Source: an uncultured Gemmatimonadales bacterium | GTDB lineage: Bacteria > Gemmatimonadota > Gemmatimonadetes > Longimicrobiales > Gaopeijiaceae | DNA: 64,000 nt | Assembly (NCBI GenBank): GCA_963809895.1 | Contig: CAWELD010000003.1 | Location: 672,001-736,000, forward strand | Reading direction: 5' to 3' | Part shown: piece after piece, positions 31,161 through 39,500 of the stretch | Position numbering within the stretch: the first letter of the stretch is position 1 | How the letters are laid out: the number at the start of each line of letters is the position of its first letter | Program-made: the position numbers and the translations under genes | Notes under the pieces: model-generated | Databases searched by the model: none | What the model saw: only the letters and a program-made list of their open reading frames with translations | What the model was told of the DNA's origin: nothing

Positions 31161-31583
31161 TCAGACGTGGACCTGCGTCTTCAGCAGCCGGCCGATCTCG
31201 GCCGTCTCGCCCACGAGCGCCTGCAACACGTCGTCCAACGAGAGAAGGCCCACGACCCTGAAGTCCAGATCCCTCACCACGAGCCTCCGGATCTCTCCGT
31301 CGGCCATGATGGCGAGCGCCTCCTGCACGTCGGCGTCGGCAGCGATGGACTTGACCGGCTCCGTCATGACCTCGGCCACCGATACGTCGGAGGGACTGAA
31401 CTCCCGCGCGACGCAACGGGTCACGATGTCGCGATCTGTGAGAATTCCCTCGGGCCGGCGCGCCTCGTCCACCACGACCAGCGTTCCCACGTGGTGGGCC
31501 GCCATCTCGAGCGCCGCCTCCAGCAGGCTCTGCATGCGCGTGATGGTCTGCACGTCGCGGGTGCAGATGTCGAGAACCGTCAT
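31161..31583 (-). CDS. CBS domain pair protein
   Basis: HVGTLVVV, GILTDRDIV, IRRLVV, GLLSLDD. Confidence 0.92.
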   Translation of the reverse strand: MTVLDICTRDVQTITRMQSLLEAALEMAAHHVGTLVVVDEARRPEGILTDRDIVTRCVAREFSPSDVSVAEVMTEPVKSIAADADVQEALAIMADGEIRRLVVRDLDFRVVGLLSLDDVLQALVGETAEIGRLLKTQVHV

Positions 31584-31617
31584 GGCTACCTCCAGCCCCT
31601 GCGGGGCTCTGCTCGGG

Positions 31618-32289
31618 TCAGTACGCGGCCGGCAGCCGGTTGGCTACCGTCAGCTCGTTGTGCACGAATGAGATCCCCGGCGCCGACCAGGCGGCCCGCC
31701 CGGCTTCCTGCTTCTCCGCCCAGGAGCCCACCATCCCGGTGAGCCACACCTCCGAGGCCTCCACCCGGACATCCACGTGCTCGGCGTCCACCTCGGCGCT
31801 GCGCGTGAAGGCGGCCCGGATCTTCTCCCGGATGTCGATGGGGCGGGCTCGCGGCCGGATCGCGATGCGGTTGCTCACCCCTCGTACGCCACGAAGCTCG
31901 CGGACCAGGCTCTCGGCTCGGGTGCGCTGGAACTGCCACTCCACCTCGCCTTCCAGGGCGACGAAGCCGTTGACGACGACGACCCGGATGCGGTCTTCCG
32001 GCACGGCGTCGCTCATTTCGAGGGCGAGGACCGCCTCGCTGGCGATGTCCGTGTCGGTGCGCGTCCGACGTGGACCGACCTGCACCTCCAGGTCGTTCGC
32101 CACGGCTCGCACCCCGCGCACCCGGCACGCGGCCCGTTCGGCGGCGTGCTTCTGCCGATAACTCGCCACCTCACCGTGGAGTGTCACCACGCCCTCGGTG
32201 ACGCCGACGCCGATGCCCGCGGCGTCCAGGCTCGCCTCCCAGGCGAGCTCCTCTTCCACTTCCGTTCGGATCTTGTCGTCGGCGTCCAT
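31618..32289 (-). CDS. Triple BON-domain (OsmY-like) protein
   Basis: [34 protein letters not shown]. Confidence 0.92.
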   Translation of the reverse strand: MDADDKIRTEVEEELAWEASLDAAGIGVGVTEGVVTLHGEVASYRQKHAAERAACRVRGVRAVANDLEVQVGPRRTRTDTDIASEAVLALEMSDAVPEDRIRVVVVNGFVALEGEVEWQFQRTRAESLVRELRGVRGVSNRIAIRPRARPIDIREKIRAAFTRSAEVDAEHVDVRVEASEVWLTGMVGSWAEKQEAGRAAWSAPGISFVHNELTVANRLPAAY

Positions 32290-32337
32290 GGCCGGGTCCC
32301 TCCTGGTGATCGGTGTCGAGGTCCTGCCCTTGACGCA

Positions 32338-32353
32338 GGCATTTCCCGTGCCG
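32338..32353 (-). promoter_or_regulatory. Sigma54 promoter for the BON-CBS-PRTase operon
   Basis: Minus strand CGGCACGGGAAATGCC (GG-N10-GC). Confidence 0.65.
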
Positions 32354-32408
32354 TGCATGCGGGCCCGCCAGGCCCCGTCATACAGAGCACCAGTCGCCTG
32401 GATCGAGG

Positions 32409-32423
32409 GGGACAGAATGACCC
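32409..32423. promoter_or_regulatory. Putative enhancer site between divergent sigma54 promoters
   Basis: GGGACA-GAA-TGACCC. Confidence 0.55.
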
Positions 32424-32484
32424 GTAGAGGGCCGTCCTGACATCCGATGCCACACGATCGTCAGGCGGCAGGCCCTGGGAGCTT

Positions 32485-32500
32485 TGGCGTGCTTCTTTCA
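32485..32500 (+). promoter_or_regulatory. Possible variant sigma54 promoter for the USP-cgs operon
   Basis: TGGCGTGCTTCTTTCA (GG-N10-TC, non-canonical -12). Confidence 0.4.
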
Positions 32501-32583
32501 GGGTTGGTGGCGGGAATCCTCATAGATCGCTTGTCTGGCCGGAGTGCTGGTCGGCATCCGGAACCCGGTCACGGAGGTGGACG

Positions 32584-33558
32584 GTGCTGAGTCGCATCCT
32601 GCTGCCCCTGGACGGCTCTCCACGTGCGGAACGTGCCATCCCCCTCGTAGAGACGCTCGCTCAGGCGTTCGGAGCCGACGTGATCCTCGTGCGGGTGGTG
32701 GAGGGTGAGTCCGCCTCGCTCAACAGGTGGACGGATCCCGTCCATTGGCGGCTGGAGCGGGCAGAGGCCACGACCTACCTGGAGGGAGTGGGAGCCCGGC
32801 TGCGAGAGGCGGGCGTGCACGTGGACCTGGACGTGGGTGTCGGACGCCCCGCCGAAGAGATCCTGGAGATCACTCGGGCGCGGCGCGTGGAACTCCTGGT
32901 CCTCACGAGTCACGGGCTGGGGGATGCCACCGGTGTCCATCTGGCCGGAACAGCCCACAAGGTGCTGGCGGGCGCGGAGACGTCGGTGCTGTTGGTTCCC
33001 GTGGATGCCGACGAGGTCCATCCCGGCGAGCGCCCCACGCGGATCGTCGTACCGGTGGACGGGTCGCCCCGGGGCGAGTGGGCCGTGGGCCTGGCGGCGA
33101 TCGTCGCACGGTTCTCGGGGGCACGTTTGGAGGTGGCCTTCGTGATTCAGGAGCCCGAGGCTCCCAGGGGGCGCTCCGGCGAACGGGTGCGCGCACTGGC
33201 CAAGCAGTTCGTCGACGCCAGCCGGGACTGTGCGCGGGAGTACCTGGTGGCACTCGTGGACAGACTGAGTGCTTCGGACCTGAAGATCTTCACCCGGGTG
33301 GAGACTGCGAGTGGTGGGGGCTGCAGGCTGGGGCAGAGGCTGGCCTCGCAAGGTAGCGATACTCTGCTGGTCTTGGGATGCTGCATGGGTACGGACCAGG
33401 GGCATCTGTACGGGATCGCCTCCGCTGCCCTGTCCGAGGGCTGCGGCTCGCCCCTGCTCCTCCTCAGGACGGCGCCTCTTCCAGATCCGAGTCCTCTGAA
33501 ACCCGTCCCTGCGCGGTCGCGGTGGAGCACCCGCAGACGGCCCGCTTCGACCGAGTGA
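32584..33558 (+). CDS. Tandem universal stress protein
   Basis: RILLPLDGS, SHG, RIVVPVDGS; GGAGG RBS. Confidence 0.9.
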   Translation: MLSRILLPLDGSPRAERAIPLVETLAQAFGADVILVRVVEGESASLNRWTDPVHWRLERAEATTYLEGVGARLREAGVHVDLDVGVGRPAEEILEITRARRVELLVLTSHGLGDATGVHLAGTAHKVLAGAETSVLLVPVDADEVHPGERPTRIVVPVDGSPRGEWAVGLAAIVARFSGARLEVAFVIQEPEAPRGRSGERVRALAKQFVDASRDCAREYLVALVDRLSASDLKIFTRVETASGGGCRLGQRLASQGSDTLLVLGCCMGTDQGHLYGIASAALSEGCGSPLLLLRTAPLPDPSPLKPVPARSRWSTRRRPASTE

Positions 33559-36500
33559 GGGCTGACGCACCGGGCCTGGTAGCCCGAGCACAGGCCCTCG
33601 CTCGAGCCCGGCCCGGCCAGCGCGCCAAGGGCGCGCCGCGGGCCTTTCGGCGGCGGGTGCGCGGGCTGCGCGATCGCGTCGCCGCGTTGATGGCGTCCAT
33701 GGCCGCTCGCGAGGCGCGGGAACAGGTGCCTGGCGTGGAGTGGCTCCTGGACAACCAGCACATGGTTCGCGCGGCCGTGGAGCAGACCGTGGAGGACCTG
33801 CCGGAGGCGTTCTACGCGGTCCTTCCCAAGATTGATGGAGGTCCACTCACCCGCGCCGAAGCCGTCGTTCGCGCCGTGCCGCGGAACGGGTCCGGCTTCC
33901 TGAGCGTAGAGGTGGCTCGGGACTTCGTGGCCGCATTCCAGAAGGTACGCCCCTTGGAGATGGCCGAGCTGTGGGCGATACCGGCCCTGCTCCGGCTCGT
34001 GGTGGTGGAGGACATCCTCGCCGAGGGGGCCGCGCGCGTTTCCGAACAGGACGGGGCAAGAGAGGATCGGTGGGGCGAGCGAATCGCCGCCGGCATCACC
34101 ACCCTTCGGGGCTTGGAGGAAGCCGATTGGAAGGGCTTCTTCGAGTCGCTGAGCGTCGTGGAGCGTTGCCTGCGGGGCCTCGATCCCGCGGGGGCGTATG
34201 CGGAGTTGGACTTCCCGACCCGCGACCGTTACCGCAAGGCGGTGGAAGAACTGGCGCGCCGGGGTGGAGGGAGCGAGTTGGCCGTGGCCAGGGCGGCCGT
34301 TCTCATGGCCCGGGGAGAAGGCCCGCAGCAGCATGTGGGGCCCTTCCTGATCGGCTCCCGCAGGGAGTGCCTGGAGGAGCATCTCGGTTGTCGGGTGCCC
34401 TGGCGCGCGCGGGTGCGACGACGGCTGTATCAGAGGGTCGGATCGGCGTACTTCGCCTCGGTTGCGATCCTCAGCTCGGCTCTCGTCGTCTTGATGACCT
34501 GGCCGACGCGCGGCGTCGGCCCCTGGATGGTGCTTCTCGCGGTGGTGGCGGCCCTTCTTCCGGCATTGGCCCTGTCGGTCGGTGTGGCGAACGCGATCTT
34601 CACGCGCCTGGTTCCGCCGCGCACCCTGCCCAGGATGGAGCTCGCGGATGGCGTGCCTCCCCATGCCCGCACCGTCGTCGCCGTGCCCGTCCTCCTGACC
34701 CACCTGGACGACCTCACCGCGACGCTCGGTCGCATGGAGACGAACTATCTGGGAAACGCGGACCCGAACGTGTGCGTTGCCCTGCTGGCGGATCTCCCCG
34801 ATGCCGACCGCGAGCAAGAGCCAAGAGACCGGGTGCTCCTCCAAGCGGCCACGACGGGCGTGCGCGAATTGAACGCGCGTCACCGTGAGGAAGGACCCGG
34901 ACCCTTCCTTCTCCTCGTCCGCCGCCGCCGCTGGAACCCCGGTGAGCATCGTTGGATGGCGTGGGAACGGAAGCGGGGGAAGCTCGACCAACTCAACCGA
35001 TGGATCCTCACCGGTGACGGTCAGGACCTCGAACTGGCGGAAGGCGACGGCTCACGTCTCGATGGAGCGCGCTACGTCCTGACGCTGGATGCGGACACGA
35101 GCCTGCCCCCCGACGGCCTCGTACGCCTGGTCGGTGCCTTGGAGCACCCGATGAACCGGCCGGTGTTCGGCGCGGACGGATCTCTGGCTGCGGGCTACAC
35201 CGTCCTGCAGCCCCGCGTGGAGACCGTCGCGGACACCGGTGCCTCCACCTGGTTCCAGTCGGTGTTTCACGGGGAGGAGGGCCTGGACCTCTACTCCCAC
35301 GCAGTGTCCGACGTGTATCAGGATCTCTTCGGCGACGCCATCTACGTGGGAAAGGGCCTCTATGACGTCGAGGCCTTCGCCCGCTGCCTCGACGGGCGGG
35401 TTCCCGAGAATACTCTCTTGAGCCACGATCTCTTCGAGGGCGGGCATGGCCGTGTCGGTCTGGTCACGGACGTCACGGTGCTGGAAGGGTTCCCGCCTGG
35501 AGCGGTGGCGTTCTTCCGAAGGGTCCACCGCTGGGCTCGCGGAGACTGGCAGCTCCTTCCATGGTTGTTCCGGCGCGTCCGGGACGCCCACGGTCATCGG
35601 GTCCCGAACGGCCTCAATCCGCTGGCCCGATGGAAGCTTCTGGACAACCTGCGGCGAAACCTGCTGGCGGTCTCGCTCCTCTTTCTGGCTGCGGTGGGCT
35701 GGCTCGTGTTACCCGGGTCTGCCAAGTGGTGGACGGGGTGGGTGATTCTCGCCCCGGCCGTACCGATGGTGCTCGGGGCCCTGGGAGCGGTGCCGGCCAC
35801 CTTGGGGAGGCGACGTCACCGGAGTCGTTTCCGCCCCGGGTCGCGGGCGCCGTTGCTGGTAGCGGCCCGCGCCGCCACGTGGGTGGCCTTCCTGCCCTGG
35901 CGTGCAGCAGTGGAGGTGGACGCAGCGGTACGAACCCTTTGGCGGCTGGGGGTGAGTCGGCGCCACTTGCTGGAGTGGAGCTCGGCGGCACATACGGAGC
36001 GCATCGTGGGACGGCGGGTGAGCCTCCGCTTCCACCTGCGCTACGCCTATTGGGGTCCCTTGGTAGCCGCGTCCCTCGTGGGGCTCCTGACCATGGCGCG
36101 GCCCGGCTCCCTACCAGCGGCTGCCATCCTCCTCGGCCTGTGGCTGCTGTCGCCCATCGCTTCCTGGATGCTCGCCCGGCCATTGACCGGTGGGTCGGGC
36201 AGACTCCACGACGCCGACCTGTTGCGAATCAGAGCGTTCGCCAGGCGCACATGGGCGTACTTCGAGACGTTCGTCACCCCGGACGAGCACTGGCTGCCCC
36301 CGGATCACGTCCAGCTCGAACCGGATCGTGGTGTGGCGCACCGAACCTCGCCGACGAACATCGGATTCGGGATTCTGTCGGCGGTGGCCGCCCACGATCT
36401 CGGTTATCTTCCGCTGACCCACCTGGCGGCGCGGCTGGCGAACACCTCCGACACTCTGGAACGCCTGGAGCGGCACCGAGGCCACTTCCTCAACTGGTAC

Positions 36501-39500
36501 GACACCCGTGATCTCCATCCCCTGGCGGCCCGGTACGTCTCCACCGTCGATAGCGGGAACCTGGCGGCCTGCCTCCTGGCGACTGCTGCTGCGTTACCTG
36601 CCCTGGCCGGCGCACGGCAGCCTCGTGCATCTGATGCCCATGGTCTAGCGGACACCCTTCGCGCGACCGCTGACGAGTGTGCACGAGTGGGAGCCACCGA
36701 CGTGGCGTCGAGCCTGCGGCGCCGGGGCGCGGCACTGACCCGGGGCGACGCGCCCATGTCGTTTGGGGCGCTGGTGCGCTCGGCCCTCGAGGTGCGAGAA
36801 GCGGCGCTTCGCGTCACGACCGAACTCGAGGCCGGACCTGCCGATCCCAGACCGGATCGGGTCGCACTCAGGACGTGGCTCTCGATGCTGGACCGCCAGG
36901 CCATGCTGCTGGAGTCGGAGATTCGGACCCTCTTTCCCTGGACCCATCCGGCGCTGCGACCGCCCGACTCCCCGGGGGCGGGAGCCTGGTTCCAGGCCGT
37001 AAGCGCGACGGGGATCCCGACGCTACGCGAAGTACCTGCCATCGCGTCCAGCCTTCGCGGGCACCTCGACCGCCTGAGCGACGAGCTTCCCGATCCCTGG
37101 GCGACCCAGATGCGAACGGCTCTGCAGGCGGCGGCCACGACGGCCGAGGCGGCCCTGGCGGAGTTGTCCGAGGTGGAGGGAGCCGCCCGCCGGCTAGCGC
37201 GGGAGATGGAGTTCGGGTTCCTGTACGACCGCCGTCGCAAACTCCTGCACGTCGGATACGATGTCGATGCTGGCACCCTCGATCGCAGCTACTACGACCT
37301 GTTCGCTTCCGAAGCTCGCCTGGCGAGCTACGTGGCGATGAGCAAGGGAGACCTGCCCGTGGAGCACTGGCTCCGCCTGGGCAGGCCCTTCCGCCGCAGC
37401 GGACGCTCCACGGTGCTGCTCTCCTGGGGCGGGTCCATGTTCGAGTATCTGATGCCCTCACTCTTCCTGCACACGCCGCGAGGATCGCTCGGCGCTCACG
37501 CAGGAGCTCGGGCCGTGGACGCGCAAGTGGATTTCGCACGGCACAATCGTGTGCCGTGGGGGATCTCGGAGTCCGGATACGCGGAACTGGACGCCGGAGG
37601 ACGCTACCGTTACCGAGCCTTCGGCGTCCCCTCCCTCCGCATGCGTCGAGAGAGCGACGAGCGCATCGTGATTGCGCCGTATGCCACCGCGCTGGCGCTC
37701 GCCACGCACCCGCGGTGCGCCCTGGAGAATCTCGAGCGGCTGGACGACCTGGGGCTCCTGGGGCCACACGGGTTCCTGGAGGCCGCGGACTACGGTGCGC
37801 CGCCCACGCGCCCGCCGAGGCGGGTGGCCAGCGTCATGGCCCATCATCAGGGGATGTTCCTGGCGTCACTCCACCACGTGCTCACCGGAGGATCGATGGT
37901 GGAGCGGTTCCACAGCGCGCCGGCCGAGTCCACTCTGCAGTACCTCCTTCAGGAAGAGTCTCCAGTCCGGGTCTCGGTGACCCCGGCTCCGGTGTCCACG
38001 CTCCGATCCATGCCCGGCCGGAAGGAGCTCCCCGCACCACATTCCTGGGTCGTGGACAGCCGCGCGTTTCCGCCTGCCACCACCGTTCTCTCCAACGGTT
38101 CCCTACGGACGACCCTCACCGCGGCGGGGGCCGGAGGGCTCCGGTGGAACGGGCGAGAGGCGGTGCGCTGGCATCCGGATCCCACGGTCCAGGATCTGGG
38201 AATCTGGCTCTGGGTCCGGGATCTGGAGAGCGAGGACGTATGGTCGGCGACGCTGGCGCCGTCCTGGGTGACGCCGGATCGCTACGAGGTCCGCTTCGGC
38301 GGAGACCGCGTGGACTTCAACCGCGACGATGGTGGTCTGCGAACGCGCATGACCGTAGCGGTAGCACCGGGCAACGTCGAGGTGCGGCGGGTCACTCTGG
38401 TGAATGAAGGTGACCACGACCGATCGTTGGAGCTCACCAGCTATGGCGAGGTGAGCTTGGCACCGGTGGGCGAGGACTGGCGGCATCCGGCGTTCGCCCG
38501 GCTCTTTGTGGAAGCCGAATTCGTCAGCCGACACCAGGCGCTGCTGTTCCGCAGGCGCTCGGAAGGACTCCAGGACGGTCCCGCATTTCTCGCGCACGGC
38601 GTGGTGGGCTCCTCGGGTGGCGCGCTGATCCGCCATCACGTCGATCGGGGCGCATTTCTCGGCAGGGATGGACGCCCGGGGGTTCCGCCCGGCTTGACTG
38701 CGCAATGCGGTGCCGCTGCTCCTGCTGACGAGGTCCATGCGCCTCTGGACCCCGTCTTCAGCCTCACCTGGCGGATCCGGGTGCCCGCGGGTGGGGAAGT
38801 TGCAGTGGGATTCCTGACGGCGGTGGGCTCGTCTCGACGCTCCGTGCTTCGTGCGTTGGATGACCACCGCTCCATGGACCACATGGACTGGGTGTTCAAC
38901 CGGGCTCGTGAGCAGGAGCGGCTCCAGCTCCACGCCGTAGGCGCGATTCCGAAGGAAGTGCCACTCTTCCACCGCCTCCTCTCGGCCCTGATCCACCCCT
39001 ACCATCGACTGCGGGCCGGGGGCCCGGCCGCCGTGAAGGAGCCGCTCCGAAACGTACTCTGGCCGATGGGGATCTCGGGCGACCATCCCGTGGCCATCCT
39101 GGTGGCGGACGATTCCGACGACCTGAGCGGGGTGGATGTGCTTCTCCGGGCCCACGACTATTGGGAGCGTCGTGGCGTGCCCTTCGACCTCGTGGTGGTG
39201 GGCCGCGTGGGCGATGGGTACGAGGACCCTGTGGAGGAGCGAGTGGCCCGTCGCCTGGCCGAGGCGGGCCGCATGGACCGGCTCAACCGCGGTGCCGGCG
39301 TGCACCTGGTATCCAGAAGCCGACTGGGTGCAGAGCGACTCGGCCGACTTCTCCAGGCCGCCAGCCTGGTACTCCAGGGTGACGGCCGCAGCCTGGAGGA
39401 GCTTCTCCAGACCGTTGACGCGCCTCGAGAGGAACCCCCGCCCCTGATCCCCATCCTCTCCTCGCCGCCGGCCGAATATCCGGCGGATCCGCTCGGGCCC

